From: Pasteurella multocida
GTDB taxonomy: Bacteria > Pseudomonadota > Gammaproteobacteria > Enterobacterales > Pasteurellaceae
DNA: 32,000 bases
Direction: 5' to 3'
Assembly (NCBI RefSeq): GCF_900187275.1
Contig: NZ_LT906458.1
Location: 1,230,001-1,262,000, forward strand
Positions 18,359 through 29,596 of this stretch are shown piece after piece. The notes below the pieces were generated by a model that was not told the origin of the DNA, ran no database searches, and saw nothing but the letters and a program-made list of their open reading frames with translations. Position 1 is the first letter of the stretch. Each line of letters starts with the position of its first letter. Position numbers and translations under genes: made by a program.

Positions 18359-19891
18359 ATGACAACGCCTGTAGTGGCTCTTGTTGGTCGCCCAAATGTG
18401 GGAAAATCAACATTATTTAATCGTCTAACCCGTACGCGTGATGCGTTGGTGGCGGATTTTCCCGGCTTAACGCGCGACCGTAAATATGGTCAAGCCAATA
18501 TCGCAGGTTATGATTTTATTGTGATCGATACTGGTGGTATTGATGGTACAGAAGAAGGCGTGGAAGAAAAAATGGCGGAGCAATCCTTGCTTGCCATTGA
18601 AGAAGCCGATGTGGTGCTGTTTTTAGTGGATGCGCGTGCAGGCTTAACCTCTGCGGATATTGGTATCGCAAACTATTTACGCCAACGCCAAAACAAAATC
18701 ACGGTAGTCGTTGCCAATAAAACCGATGGCATTGATGCGGACTCCCATTGCGCCGAGTTCTATCAATTAGGTTTAGGTGAAGTCGAACAAATTGCTGCCT
18801 CGCAAGGTCGTGGCGTTTCTGCCTTAATGGAACAAGTACTGGCACCGATTGCGGAAAAAATGAATGCCGAAAGTCCTGAACAAAGTGCGGTAGAAAATAC
18901 CGATGTTTCTGAAACCGGCGAACAAGACGAGTGGGATCACGACTTCGACTTTGCTAATGAAGAAGATACCGCCTTGTTAGATGACGCCATTGCGGAAGAA
19001 CTGGAAGCACAAGATAAAAATATCAAAATCGCCATTGTTGGGCGTCCAAATGTGGGTAAATCGACCTTAACAAATCGCATTTTAGGTGAAGATCGCGTGG
19101 TCGTGTATGACTTACCGGGGACAACGCGTGACAGTATTTATATCCCGATGGAACGCGATGGTCAGCATTACACCATCATTGACACCGCAGGGGTACGTAA
19201 ACGGGGTAAAGTCCATTTAGCAGTGGAAAAATTTTCGGTCATCAAAACCTTACAAGCGATTCAAGATGCCAATGTGGTGTTATTAACTATTGATGCGCGT
19301 GAAGGCGTGTCAGATCAAGACTTATCTTTACTGGGTTTTATACTCAATGCAGGGCGTTCATTGGTCATCGTAGTGAATAAATGGGATGGTTTAAATCAAG
19401 ACATTAAAGATCAAGTCAAATCTGAACTGGATCGCCGTTTAGATTTCATTGATTTCGCTCGAGTGCATTTTATTTCTGCTCTACACGGTAGCGGCGTCGG
19501 CAACCTGTTTGATTCGATTAAAGAAGCCTATGCCTGTGCGACACAAAAAATGACCACATCCATGTTAACCCGTATTTTACAAATGGCAACGGATGAGCAT
19601 CAGCCGCCGATGATGGGTGGTCGTCGAATTAAATTAAAATACGCACACCCGGGCGGTTATAATCCACCCATTATTGTGGTGCATGGTAACCAAATGGATA
19701 AATTACCCGATTCATATAAACGTTATTTATCCAATTACTATCGTCGTAGTTTGAAAATTATTGGTTCGCCAATCCGCTTATTATTCCAAGAAGGAAATAA
19801 CCCATTTGCAGGTAAACGGAATAAATTGACACCAAATCAATTACGCAAACGCAAACGCTTAATGAAGTTTATTAAAAAATCGAAGCGTTAA
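18359..19891 (+). CDS. der: Ribosome biogenesis GTPase Der (EngA)
   Basis: 510 aa; tandem G domains [18 protein letters not shown] and [18 protein letters not shown], with KH-like C-terminus. Confidence 0.98.
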   Translation: MTTPVVALVGRPNVGKSTLFNRLTRTRDALVADFPGLTRDRKYGQANIAGYDFIVIDTGGIDGTEEGVEEKMAEQSLLAIEEADVVLFLVDARAGLTSADIGIANYLRQRQNKITVVVANKTDGIDADSHCAEFYQLGLGEVEQIAASQGRGVSALMEQVLAPIAEKMNAESPEQSAVENTDVSETGEQDEWDHDFDFANEEDTALLDDAIAEELEAQDKNIKIAIVGRPNVGKSTLTNRILGEDRVVVYDLPGTTRDSIYIPMERDGQHYTIIDTAGVRKRGKVHLAVEKFSVIKTLQAIQDANVVLLTIDAREGVSDQDLSLLGFILNAGRSLVIVVNKWDGLNQDIKDQVKSELDRRLDFIDFARVHFISALHGSGVGNLFDSIKEAYACATQKMTTSMLTRILQMATDEHQPPMMGGRRIKLKYAHPGGYNPPIIVVHGNQMDKLPDSYKRYLSNYYRRSLKIIGSPIRLLFQEGNNPFAGKRNKLTPNQLRKRKRLMKFIKKSKR

Positions 19892-19954
19892 TCAATCTAC
19901 ATGGCGCCCTGTCGATCGGCGCCATATTCTCTGTGTTTTTAAAGGACAACTAGC

Positions 19955-20344
19955 ATGGCGAATAAAAAAACCTTACTCCTTTTTCCACTCATTACGCAGT
20001 GTATTTTTTCACTCTTTTTGCCTTTTTTTAATGCCTTCCATCTCAAAGGTCTAACGGATGTTTTTATTCTAACCACGGTGCCAGCTTTTTTATTTTCTTT
20101 GGTTTGTGTGTATTATCAGTTTCATCAACGTAATCTGCTTCAGATCGCGTTTTTCTCAGGTACAATCAGCTTCTTTTATACTCTAACTATGTTATCTTGC
20201 TTCCTGTTCAATGAGACATTCCGCGAGCCTATGTCATTATGGGAACAGAGTTTAGCGCTGCTGTTTTATGCGTTAATGTTTGCCTTACCGAGTATGATGT
20301 ATGCCATGGTAGTACTACGTCTTTTTTTAAGAAAAGCCCCTTAA
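19955..20344 (+). CDS. Hypothetical small integral membrane protein
   Basis: 129 aa with about four hydrophobic segments; no family recognised. Confidence 0.6.
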   Translation: MANKKTLLLFPLITQCIFSLFLPFFNAFHLKGLTDVFILTTVPAFLFSLVCVYYQFHQRNLLQIAFFSGTISFFYTLTMLSCFLFNETFREPMSLWEQSLALLFYALMFALPSMMYAMVVLRLFLRKAP

Positions 20345-20350
20345 TACACA

Positions 20351-20389
20351 AACAAAAAGGCGCGGATGATGATACCGCGCCTTTTTGTT
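20351..20389. terminator. Bidirectional terminator between convergent genes
   Basis: AACAAAAAGGCGCGG (20351-20365) / CCGCGCCTTTTTGTT (20375-20389), 15-bp perfect inverted repeat with T-runs in both directions. Confidence 0.9.
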
Positions 20390-20405
20390 ATACCTGTTAT
20401 ACCTG

Positions 20406-21812
20406 TTATTGCACAACCAATAGCCTGATACAGCCTTTATCTGCCAACATTAAATTAGCGGAGCCAAACAGGAAAGGATGATTATTCGATGACATATGTT
20501 CAAATTTTACTAAAATTTGGACTTTGCCGTTAATCAGCACACTGTCCTTCCATGCAACTTCACTTTGTTCTACTAGGGTGTCATTGATACTCTCGATAAG
20601 AAATTTCGCCCCTTGAATACGAAAGCCCATGATGCCATTTGCGGTTAACGTCCAACGCTCCGTTGTATTTAATTTAGCATTAGTCACCCGTTTCGGATCA
20701 AAGTGTTTATCATTCACCATGCCCGTATTCACATCAAAATGAAATTGGCGTTCTTGTACTACTTTATTACTCAAATTCGCCACAGCATCTGTGTTAAATT
20801 GTGGCTCAGCTTGTTTAGAAAAAACCGAGGCAAGTCCTTCAGGACGAAGCTCTAACACGGTATTGTCGACTAATTCATTTTCATCAGCGAAAAGTGAAGT
20901 AAAAACATGTAAGAAATCCCGTTTTTCACCGGCAATCAAACGCACACTCTCACCTTCATTTAAATCAATTAACAATTCACTTCGTTCACTTGGCGCCAAC
21001 ACTATGGATTTCAAGACCTTAGCTTGTGGTAAGAAACCTTGATCTGAGGCGATCAAACGCATTTCGCGCTCATCATCTAAACGCAGTTCATAGTGGCGTG
21101 ACAATGAGGCATTCACTAAACGTAATCGCACCCAACCTCGTGGCACATTCACATAAGGCGCCTCTTGCCCATTCACAAATAAACGATTACCAAAAAGTGC
21201 GGTCTGATTTGGTTGAAATAATTGCAATCCCTGATTATTTAAACGCATATCTTGCAAAATCAAAGGAATATCATTCACACCATATTTATGCGGTAAGCCG
21301 GATTTCAAACTCTGTTCGTCTTCAATAATCCACATCCCCGCTAAGCCGCGATAGGTTTGATAAGCTGAATTAGCGAGAGATACTGAATGATACCAACAGG
21401 TAGATGCCGCTTGAGTAATTGGAATAATCGGTGACCAAGTTTCTTTAGGTTGCAAAACGCGTCCCACACCGCCAAGTAATTCGCCACTCGCCTGCAAACC
21501 TTGAATCGACATGGATACGCCTTGTGGTAAATTATTGCGATAATTTAACTTAGCAAAGTCACCTTTACGAATTTTAATCGTTGGTCCTAAATAATGTCCA
21601 TTAAATCCCCACACCTCGACAGTTTTACCCATCTCTAATGGATACTGAACACTATCCAGACTTAAAAAAATTGGCTTACCACGTCGGGTTTCCAATAAGG
21701 GAGGAATACGTAAGGCTTGGCGTGTTGCAGCCAATAGAGAGGATGGCAAGGCTGAAAGTGCCGTGGCAATTAAACTGGTTTTGAAAAACTGTCGACGCGC
21801 CGGATTATCCAT
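20406..21812 (-). CDS. ftsP: Cell division protein FtsP (SufI), multicopper-oxidase fold, Tat-exported
   Basis: 468 aa; Tat-like N-terminus [23 protein letters not shown], cupredoxin-like segments ([33 protein letters not shown]). Confidence 0.88.
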   Translation of the reverse strand: MDNPARRQFFKTSLIATALSALPSSLLAATRQALRIPPLLETRRGKPIFLSLDSVQYPLEMGKTVEVWGFNGHYLGPTIKIRKGDFAKLNYRNNLPQGVSMSIQGLQASGELLGGVGRVLQPKETWSPIIPITQAASTCWYHSVSLANSAYQTYRGLAGMWIIEDEQSLKSGLPHKYGVNDIPLILQDMRLNNQGLQLFQPNQTALFGNRLFVNGQEAPYVNVPRGWVRLRLVNASLSRHYELRLDDEREMRLIASDQGFLPQAKVLKSIVLAPSERSELLIDLNEGESVRLIAGEKRDFLHVFTSLFADENELVDNTVLELRPEGLASVFSKQAEPQFNTDAVANLSNKVVQERQFHFDVNTGMVNDKHFDPKRVTNAKLNTTERWTLTANGIMGFRIQGAKFLIESINDTLVEQSEVAWKDSVLINGKVQILVKFEHMSSNNHPFLFGSANLMLADKGCIRLLVVQ

Positions 21813-21815
21813 TCT

Positions 21816-22541
21816 TTATTTACTCTGTTGTGCTATTTCAGCATCAAGTTCAGCAATACGTTGTGCCATGAGCTGATGGCAATGTGCTGCTAGTTCACGC
21901 ACATTTTCTTTATCATAAGCAGAAACATCTATCGGTTCTAACATTTCACAAATCACTTTGCCATTATCCCAACGATTTAAATCGATCTTGCCTTGTGTCG
22001 TTGAGCATACTACTGGAACAATCGGTACACCTGCCGCAATCGCCGCATAAAATGCCCCCGTTTTAAAAGGCAATAAGCCACGTCCTCGACTACGCGTCCC
22101 TTCTGGGAACATCCACACCGATAGGTCATCATCATGAATACGGCGAGCAACTTCGTTCATCGTGCCGTGCGCTTTAGTACGATTTTCACGATCAATCAGA
22201 ATATTGCCAGTAACCCAATACAACAGTCCAAAAAAAGGTATCCAAATTAAACTTTTCTTACCCACACTCACTGTTCTTGGTTGCACCATATAAGAAATCG
22301 TGACCATGTCATAATTATTCTGGTGATTACCAATATAAATACAGCGCCCGAATTTATCGACATTTTTAGGGAAACGATGCTCTACGGTTAAGCCAAAGAG
22401 AGGATGAAGACGCCCAAACCAACGCGCCATAATGCCCACATTGCTTGGATTACGAAAGCGGATAAAGGAGTAAATTGACCCCAACACACAAATTAAGAGA
22501 CAACAAAAAACAATAACGATTGTACGTAATAATTTTAACAT
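21816..22541 (-). CDS. plsC: 1-acyl-sn-glycerol-3-phosphate acyltransferase
   Basis: 241 aa; IGNHQNNYDMVTIS (HX4D-like acyltransferase motif) and MFPEGTRSRGRGLLPFKTGAFYAAI. Confidence 0.93.
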   Translation of the reverse strand: MLKLLRTIVIVFCCLLICVLGSIYSFIRFRNPSNVGIMARWFGRLHPLFGLTVEHRFPKNVDKFGRCIYIGNHQNNYDMVTISYMVQPRTVSVGKKSLIWIPFFGLLYWVTGNILIDRENRTKAHGTMNEVARRIHDDDLSVWMFPEGTRSRGRGLLPFKTGAFYAAIAAGVPIVPVVCSTTQGKIDLNRWDNGKVICEMLEPIDVSAYDKENVRELAAHCHQLMAQRIAELDAEIAQQSK

Positions 22542-22651
22542 AATGCTATTCCTTGAAATATTTGGCTAAGTATAGCGAAATTGCCGGAATATGTGTATAA
22601 ATCAACATAAAAAATGTGCTACTCTAAATAAAAAAGACATGTATAAAACAG

Positions 22652-23371
22652 ATGAAAAAGACCTATTTTATTGCTGATTTACATCTCAGTGAAAATCGCC
22701 CTCATTTAACTCACCTCTTTTGTGATTTTATGCAACAGCTTGCCCCACAGGCTGAGGCACTTTACATTTTGGGCGATTTATTTGATTTTTGGATCGGTGA
22801 TGATGAAGAATCTGCGTTAATTCACACCGTCCAGCAACAGATTCACGCCCTGAGTGCACAAGGCGTAAAATGTTACTTCCAACATGGTAATCGTGATTTT
22901 CTGATTGGCAAACGCTTTGCCGCAGCCTGTGGTATGACATTATTACCCACTTATCAACGGATTACATTATATGGTGAGTCTGTTTTACTTTGTCATGGCG
23001 ATACACTGTGTATTGATGATGTTGCCTATCAACAATACCGAAAAAAAGTACATCAAAAATGGCGTCAGTGGCTATTTCTACATCTTCCACTAAAAGTGCG
23101 GTTAAAGATCGCAGAGAAAATTCGAACACGCAGTAAAGCCGATAAAAAAAGGAAGTCTGAGGAAATAATGGATGTCAATCCTGACTTTGTGTTACAGACT
23201 TTTGCCCAATTTGGCGTTAAAAAAATCATTCACGGGCACACGCATCGTCAACATATTCATCATATTCCACCGCACTTTACCCGCATTGTGCTCGGCGATT
23301 GGGGCGATACTGCGTCTATTCTCGAAGTCAATGAGCAGCAACAGGTGCGTTTTTTAACAGGAAAGGAGTAA
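22652..23371 (+). CDS. lpxH: UDP-2,3-diacylglucosamine diphosphatase
   Basis: 239 aa; [40 protein letters not shown] and [14 protein letters not shown]. Confidence 0.96.
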   Translation: MKKTYFIADLHLSENRPHLTHLFCDFMQQLAPQAEALYILGDLFDFWIGDDEESALIHTVQQQIHALSAQGVKCYFQHGNRDFLIGKRFAAACGMTLLPTYQRITLYGESVLLCHGDTLCIDDVAYQQYRKKVHQKWRQWLFLHLPLKVRLKIAEKIRTRSKADKKRKSEEIMDVNPDFVLQTFAQFGVKKIIHGHTHRQHIHHIPPHFTRIVLGDWGDTASILEVNEQQQVRFLTGKE

Positions 23372-23374
23372 CTT

Positions 23375-23881
23375 ATGGCTGATCCACATATTCAATCGCC
23401 GATGGATATTTGGGATTATCTCACGGTGATTTTATACCGTTCAGGCTTTGTTTTAGCAGGCATCATGACACTATTGTTACCTTACAAAGCGGACATCGCT
23501 CATCTGGGTTTACTCATTGCTGCAACACTTTGTGCATCAAGCTTGCATATTTATATGAAATCGTTTCGCCTTATCTTACAACTGGCAACTTGGGTGGCAT
23601 TGATTTGCCAAGCGCTCGGTTTTGAGGCGCTGGCGCTAGGCGGGGCGTTGGTCACCTTAGGCGGATTATGTTACAAAGAATATTTTTGTTTCCGTGTATT
23701 TTTATTGAATGCACAACCCTTTTTTGTCGCACTACTTTGGGGTGCAGTTCAGCTCAATAGTCCGCTTTTCACTCAAGTGATGTCGCTAATTGTCGCACTG
23801 CTTTTTTTTGTATTAGCATTCAAAAAGTGGCAAATGCCACTGCATTTTGATATCGGTGATAAAAGTAAATATCAAGTTTAA
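23375..23881 (+). CDS. Integral membrane protein (possibly DUF2301-type)
   Basis: 168 aa, multiple hydrophobic segments with LGGLCYKEYFCFRVFLLN; starts 4 nt after the lpxH stop. Confidence 0.6.
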   Translation: MADPHIQSPMDIWDYLTVILYRSGFVLAGIMTLLLPYKADIAHLGLLIAATLCASSLHIYMKSFRLILQLATWVALICQALGFEALALGGALVTLGGLCYKEYFCFRVFLLNAQPFFVALLWGAVQLNSPLFTQVMSLIVALLFFVLAFKKWQMPLHFDIGDKSKYQV

Positions 23882-23929
23882 AAATGAAAGGCGAACACAA
23901 GGTTCGCCTTTTTCAACACAATTTTGTGA

Positions 23930-24496
23930 TTATTTCACACGTGAAACATATTCACCTGAGCGAGTATCGACTTTGATCACTTCACCAATTTGTACGAATA
24001 ATGGCACTTTTACTACTGCACCGGTGCTTAATGTCGCTGGTTTACCACCTGTACCCGCAGTATCCCCTTTTAAGCCTGGATCTGTATCGATGATTTCTAA
24101 CTCGACAAAGTTTGGTGGGGTAACGCTGATTGGTGCACCATTCCATAATGTCACGATACAATCAGCTTGGTCTAATAACCATTTTTCTGCATCACCAATA
24201 GCTTTTGCATCCGCGGAGTATTGTTCAAATGTTTCTGGGTGCATAAAATACCAGAAGGCATCATCTTTGTAGGAGTAAGTTAAGTTTAAGTCCATAACAT
24301 CCGCCGCTTCAACAGAGGTACCAGATTTAAAGTTAACATCTAATACTTTGCCAGAAATTAATTTACGAATACGCGTACGAGTGAATGCTTGACCTTTGCC
24401 GGGTTTCACAAATTCATTTTCAACGATCACACAAGGCTCGCCGTCCTGCATAAATTTTAGACCTGGTTTGAAATCACTGGTAGTATATGTAGCCAT
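23930..24496 (-). CDS. efp: Elongation factor P
   Basis: 188 aa; [46 protein letters not shown] with the modifiable Lys in PGKGQA. Confidence 0.98.
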   Translation of the reverse strand: MATYTTSDFKPGLKFMQDGEPCVIVENEFVKPGKGQAFTRTRIRKLISGKVLDVNFKSGTSVEAADVMDLNLTYSYKDDAFWYFMHPETFEQYSADAKAIGDAEKWLLDQADCIVTLWNGAPISVTPPNFVELEIIDTDPGLKGDTAGTGGKPATLSTGAVVKVPLFVQIGEVIKVDTRSGEYVSRVK

Positions 24497-24519
24497 ATTA
24501 TCCTCAAGTTATAAAGAGA

Positions 24520-25545
24520 TTGTTTTCAAAAGTGCATATTTTAACTCAAAACATAGCCATTAGAGAAGAACAAAGTTGGACAGATCACTTAGCCAATGCC
24601 ATATCCGACCCAAAAATCTTATTGGAAACCCTCAATTTACCGACTGAAAATGTTGAACAAGACTTAGAGGCACGCCGTTTATTTCCGCTCAGAGTTCCCC
24701 TGCCTTTCATTGAAAAAATGCAAAAAGGCAACCCACAAGATCCGCTTTTTTTACAAGTCATGAGTTTTCGTGATGAGTTTTTACAGGTTGAAGGCTTCAG
24801 TAAAGATCCACTGGAAGAGCAAGATGCTGTCGTGCCAAGCGTGTTACATAAATACCATAATCGTTTATTACTCATGGTCAAAGGTGGTTGCGCGGTAAAT
24901 TGCCGTTATTGTTTTCGTCGCCATTTTCCTTATGCAGATAACAAAGGAAATAAAGCGAATTGGCAAAAAGCGCTTGACTACATTGCAAATCATCCAGAAA
25001 TAGAAGAAGTGATTTTTTCTGGTGGGGATCCTTTAATGGCAAAAGATCATGAGCTAGATTGGTTGATAAAAAATCTAGAAAACATACCGCACTTACAGCG
25101 CTTACGTATTCATACGCGCTTACCGGTAGTGATCCCGCAACGCATTACTGCCGATCTTTGCCAAACCCTCGCAGAAAGTCGTTTTCAAACCGTACTTGTG
25201 ACGCATATCAATCATCCCAACGAAATTGATGCCTTTTTTGCACAAGCCATAAACAAACTAAGAGAGGTTGGCGTGTTACTCTTAAATCAAGCAGTTCTGC
25301 TCAAAGGGATCAATGACAATGCACATATCCTAAAGCAATTAGGTGATAAATTATTTGCCACCAATATTCTTCCTTATTACCTGCATTTGTTAGATAAAGT
25401 CGAAGGCGCAAGCCATTTCTATCTGGACGATAACCGCGCCTTAAATATTTACAAAGAATTACAAAGCCTCACATCGGGTTATTTAGTACCGAAACTTGCA
25501 CGAGAAATTGCCAAAGAACCGAATAAAACCCTATATACAGCATAG
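24520..25545 (+). CDS. epmB: EF-P beta-lysylation protein EpmB (radical SAM, KamA-like)
   Basis: 341 aa; GGCAVNCRYCFRRHFPY radical-SAM CxxxCxxC motif and EVIFSGGDPLM; divergent from efp. Start is non-ATG (TTG at 24520 or GTG at 24532). Confidence 0.95.
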   Translation: MFSKVHILTQNIAIREEQSWTDHLANAISDPKILLETLNLPTENVEQDLEARRLFPLRVPLPFIEKMQKGNPQDPLFLQVMSFRDEFLQVEGFSKDPLEEQDAVVPSVLHKYHNRLLLMVKGGCAVNCRYCFRRHFPYADNKGNKANWQKALDYIANHPEIEEVIFSGGDPLMAKDHELDWLIKNLENIPHLQRLRIHTRLPVVIPQRITADLCQTLAESRFQTVLVTHINHPNEIDAFFAQAINKLREVGVLLLNQAVLLKGINDNAHILKQLGDKLFATNILPYYLHLLDKVEGASHFYLDDNRALNIYKELQSLTSGYLVPKLAREIAKEPNKTLYTA

Positions 25546-25638
25546 GAAAATCAACAAATATCCTTTAGAATAACCTAAATTTTGACCGCACTTTCAGTGT
25601 ATATCAGTAAGCTAGCTATTTAGAATCGAGGTACTATC

Positions 25639-26805
25639 GTGGATTCAGAAAAACACACTCCAGAAAATCAACATAATCCAGAACAAAGCGAACTGGATTT
25701 AGAATTTAGCCAAGTTGAGCCAATTACGCCCAAAAAAATGGCTAAACCGACGCCCTCTTTTTTTGATAGCGTAAAAGGTGTTTTTGCTAAAAAAACATCA
25801 CATGACGCGTCATTAAAGACAACGCGTCAAGCCCCTGCATTTAATGAAGCCACCTCTTCATCAAATACACAAACTGATTTAAATGCCGATGAACTGACTA
25901 GCGAACAGCCAACCTCAGAAGATATGGGCGCTGCTGTTGTTGCGCCAGCAGTAAACTGGAAAAACCCAGAAACTTGGCCGTTCCTACAAATTCTGCCACA
26001 ACGTCATCGCCGTTTATTTGTCGCGTTATTTGGTCTGATTTTATTATTAATTATTTTCTTTGCCCTCAAACCAAGTTCACAAACGGTCCAATCGTTTGAG
26101 CAACAAAACAGTCAAGCCGTGCCTATTCAATTTCAGCCGTTAGAAAAAGGTCAAACTGTTGAAAATACGATTTTAGATAACTTAAATCAGCCTGCAGACA
26201 ACAGCGCAAGTGCAACACAAGATAATACCGTGACAAGCGCGGTCAACTCAGAAACTCAACCCACATCCTCTGCCAGTGGGACAGAGAGCACGCCAACGGC
26301 AATAGCACCTACAAAAGTGGAACAACCGGTGGCACCTAAAATGGGGGCGGCTGACGCAGACAAACCAAGCGCTGTAGAAAAAGTCGCGAATGAAAAAGTC
26401 ACGAATGAAAAAGTAGTGACTGAAAAACCTAAAACAGTAGAAAAACCTAAAGTGGTAGAAAAAGCCAAAGTCCCAGAGAAACCAACGCATACTGAAAAAG
26501 CGAAGGTGGAGAAAAAGGTTGCTCCCGTTGTAGACGCTAATCCAGCGAAAGTAAGTAATAGCAAAACCTTAACGATTCCACAGGGTGTCAGCTTAATGCA
26601 AGTATTCCGTAACCATAATTTAAATATTGCGGATGTCAATGCGATGACAAAAGCGTCGGGGGCAGGTAATGCACTGAGTAACTTCAAAGCTGGCGATAAA
26701 GTGCAAATTTCCGTGAATAGTCAAGGGCGAGTTAACGAGCTCCGATTAGAAAATGGTGCTAAATTCATTCGCCAAGCCGATGGCAGTTATATTTATAAAA
26801 AATAA
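25639..26805 (+). CDS. oapA: Opacity-associated protein A-like envelope protein
   Basis: 388 aa; one TM segment, repetitive KVxEKP/EKV linker, and C-terminal LysM-like OapA domain (TIPQGVSLMQVFRNHNLNIADVNAMTKA...GDKVQISVN). Confidence 0.85.
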   Translation: MDSEKHTPENQHNPEQSELDLEFSQVEPITPKKMAKPTPSFFDSVKGVFAKKTSHDASLKTTRQAPAFNEATSSSNTQTDLNADELTSEQPTSEDMGAAVVAPAVNWKNPETWPFLQILPQRHRRLFVALFGLILLLIIFFALKPSSQTVQSFEQQNSQAVPIQFQPLEKGQTVENTILDNLNQPADNSASATQDNTVTSAVNSETQPTSSASGTESTPTAIAPTKVEQPVAPKMGAADADKPSAVEKVANEKVTNEKVVTEKPKTVEKPKVVEKAKVPEKPTHTEKAKVEKKVAPVVDANPAKVSNSKTLTIPQGVSLMQVFRNHNLNIADVNAMTKASGAGNALSNFKAGDKVQISVNSQGRVNELRLENGAKFIRQADGSYIYKK

Positions 26806-26821
26806 CAAGACCAAATAAAGC

Positions 26822-26856
26822 AAAGCCCGTGATGAGAAAATCAACACGGGCTTTTT
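26822..26856. terminator. Terminator between convergent oapA and cyclase-family gene
   Basis: AAAGCCCGTG (26822-26831) / CACGGGCTTT (26845-26854) followed by a T-run. Confidence 0.85.
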
Positions 26857-26870
26857 GTTCATATTGGTAT

Positions 26871-27617
26871 CTATTCGCTTGCTATCACAGCAAATACTCT
26901 GGCATTAAAACCCGGCGCATGCTGGATTTTCGGTACACCAATAAAAATAGCCGCGCCAGTTGCAGGTAACTCTGCTAAATTGGTTAACACTTCCACTTGA
27001 AATTTATTTTGTGATAACCAATAGCGCTCGCCCACTAAATCATTATTTTTAGCAAAATCTAGCGCGCTGTCCGTATCTAAGGTTTCGTGCCCAATCGCAG
27101 TCACATTCCGCTGTTCATGCAAAAATTTCAATGCCTCCAACGACCAACCCGGTGTATGAGCCTGCCCTGTTTCATCACGATTATAGAAGGCTGTATGATC
27201 ATGCCATCTGGACGACCAGCCACTAGCAAATGCCACAAAACTGCCTTCTGCGATTTTGCCATGTTCGGCTTCAAACGCCAAAATATCCTCAACCGACAAC
27301 CTGTAATCCGGGTTTTCACTCACGGCTTGCTCTTTATGAATCACATATAAAGGCAATACCAATTCCGCCACAGGAATGTCCTCTAAATAGCGTGTATTTG
27401 GTGCAAAATGAATAGGCGCGTCAAGATGCGTACCGTATTGACTGACTAAAGTATATTGGTTAGAGAAAAATCCATCATTTTCAACCGTGAACAAAGTTTT
27501 TGTTTCAAGCGGTTTAAAAGCAGGAAAATAAGGGATCGCAGGATTCACTGGATGTGATAAATCCACCCATTTTTGCGTTTTTAGAAAAGCAATGGCTTGT
27601 GACACGGTATTCATCAT
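26871..27617 (-). CDS. Cyclase family protein (kynurenine formamidase-like fold)
   Basis: 248 aa; WVDLSHPVNPAIPYFP, SQYGTHLDAPIHF and ALKFLHEQRNVTAIGHETLDTDSA. Confidence 0.85.
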   Translation of the reverse strand: MMNTVSQAIAFLKTQKWVDLSHPVNPAIPYFPAFKPLETKTLFTVENDGFFSNQYTLVSQYGTHLDAPIHFAPNTRYLEDIPVAELVLPLYVIHKEQAVSENPDYRLSVEDILAFEAEHGKIAEGSFVAFASGWSSRWHDHTAFYNRDETGQAHTPGWSLEALKFLHEQRNVTAIGHETLDTDSALDFAKNNDLVGERYWLSQNKFQVEVLTNLAELPATGAAIFIGVPKIQHAPGFNARVFAVIASE

Positions 27618-27766
27618 TCACTCCTTCATCTTCTGTTTACGACAAATTCACTTATAAACACATTGACTGATGCAACGCATCATCAGCGCTAAATTAGCAC
27701 AAAAAACATTCTCTAACAGCCTAATTTTGATCATCAAACAAGGCGTTTGCCGCAAGAGGCATCATG

Positions 27767-28675
27767 CTATAAACGCGCTTTTTCTCCACCAAATTCCTCT
27801 AATAAATTTGCTGTTAATTGAGTTAATACGCCTGTCATTAACACAAAATCTGCATCAAAACGTTGCGCATAATCTTCTTTTAAAATATCGTCATTTTTTT
27901 CACGCAGTTGATCCGCAAATTTCAAGCGTTTTAACGTGCAATCTTCATTGAGAATAAAAGACAAACGTTCTTCCCATGCTAAAGATAACTTCGTAATAAA
28001 CTTTCCAGCATTGAGTAAGGTTTGAATTTCATCCGATTCTAAATTTTGTTGCTTGCAACGAATAATGCCACTGTCTTGACTGCCGGTTAATTCTGCCTCT
28101 TCCAATGGCATCAACCAAGCGGGTGTCTGATCTTTATTAATCCAATCAGTCATGATAACGCTCGGTTCGTTAGCAAAACTTAATGGCACCACTGGCAAAG
28201 ATCCTAAAGACTTTCGCAATAACGCCAAAGCATCTTCCGCCCGTTTAGATGAGGCAGCATCCACATAAATGAGCTGATTTTCAGTATCAATCCATAATGC
28301 TGTTTGTTGATTTTTGCTAAAAGCACGAGGTAACAACATCGATACTACATCATCTTTTAATGCTTGCTTTTCGACTTTCTTTAACTTGCGATTTTCTTTT
28401 TGCTCAAGCTGTTCAATACGTTGCTCCAATTCTGCTTTTACGACGTGGGCAGGCAAGATCTTTTCTTCTTTATGTGCCAATAATAAAATCTGTTTTCCCA
28501 CCGAAAAATGTAACATCTCAGTGCCACGCAGGGGATTTGTCCACCCAAATTTACTCATGTCTGATTGTTGACAAGGATGATACTCACATTGTTGTAATGC
28601 AGTTTGTAGGCTATCTGCCGTCCAATCCAATGCTTTTGTGAGACGATAAATCATGAGGTTTTTAAACCAAACCAT
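27767..28675 (-). CDS. rdgC: Recombination-associated protein RdgC
   Basis: 302 aa; MVWFKNLMIYRLTKALDWTADSLQTALQQCEYHPCQQSDMSKFGWTNPL. Confidence 0.96.
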   Translation of the reverse strand: MVWFKNLMIYRLTKALDWTADSLQTALQQCEYHPCQQSDMSKFGWTNPLRGTEMLHFSVGKQILLLAHKEEKILPAHVVKAELEQRIEQLEQKENRKLKKVEKQALKDDVVSMLLPRAFSKNQQTALWIDTENQLIYVDAASSKRAEDALALLRKSLGSLPVVPLSFANEPSVIMTDWINKDQTPAWLMPLEEAELTGSQDSGIIRCKQQNLESDEIQTLLNAGKFITKLSLAWEERLSFILNEDCTLKRLKFADQLREKNDDILKEDYAQRFDADFVLMTGVLTQLTANLLEEFGGEKARL

Positions 28676-28768
28676 AGTTTGTTCCTTCTTTTTTAAGGTA
28701 GAATAAGCAACTTATGTCGTATTTACGACAAAATAATTCAGTATTGTAACGTAGTTCGAGAGAAAAAT

Positions 28769-29596
28769 ATGCAAGCGAAATCAATTTGCTTTATCGGTGG
28801 CGGGAATATGGCACAAGCCATTATTTTTGGTTTACTCAAACAAGGCTACCCGGCTAATCAAATCACTGTCAGCGACCCAAATGCGGCAAAACGTCAATGT
28901 TTCGCTGAAAAAGGGGTAAATACTGTTGAAACAAGTCAGACAGATACACAAGATGCGGTGGAAAAATCAGAGGTTTTACTGCTCGCCGTCAAACCGCAAA
29001 TGATTGCCGCAGTTTGCCAAGGATTAAGTGCGGTCGATTTTAGCCAAAAATTAGTGATTTCAATTGCAGCAGGGGTTTCAGTAACAAAATTACAATCACG
29101 TTTGCCCACCGCAAAGCAAATTGTACGCGTGATGCCTAATACGCCTGCGTTAGTGGCAGAAGGTATGTCAGGCCTATTCGCACAGGACAGCTTGAAAGCT
29201 GAATACAAACAATTCACACAAGATTTGCTCAATGCGGTGGGAAAAACCTGTTGGGTAACTCAAGAAGCAGATATGCACACCATTACCGCAGGCTCAGGCA
29301 GTAGTCCGGCGTATTTTTTCTTATTTATGGAGGCAATGCAACAGGCATTGTGTCAAATGAATATGGATGAAGACACCGCTCGCTTATTAGTGCAACAATC
29401 CGCTTTAGGCGCGGCAAAAATGGTGATGGAAAATCCTGACTTACCGATTGCAACATTGCGTGAAAATGTCACGTCAAAAGGTGGTACAACGGCGGCAGCA
29501 TTGCAGGTATTGAATCAACAACAGTTACAACATATCGTCCAGCAGGCGATGCAAGCTTGTGTCGAACGTTCTCAACAAATGGAAAAATTGTTTTAA
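28769..29596 (+). CDS. proC: Pyrroline-5-carboxylate reductase
   Basis: 275 aa; [38 protein letters not shown] and [20 protein letters not shown]. Confidence 0.96.
   Translation: MQAKSICFIGGGNMAQAIIFGLLKQGYPANQITVSDPNAAKRQCFAEKGVNTVETSQTDTQDAVEKSEVLLLAVKPQMIAAVCQGLSAVDFSQKLVISIAAGVSVTKLQSRLPTAKQIVRVMPNTPALVAEGMSGLFAQDSLKAEYKQFTQDLLNAVGKTCWVTQEADMHTITAGSGSSPAYFFLFMEAMQQALCQMNMDEDTARLLVQQSALGAAKMVMENPDLPIATLRENVTSKGGTTAAALQVLNQQQLQHIVQQAMQACVERSQQMEKLF

Noticed and set aside
26256-26687. 143-aa minus-strand ORF in oapA
   Set aside because: It mirrors the repetitive Lys/Glu/Pro linker of OapA and is explained by codon composition.
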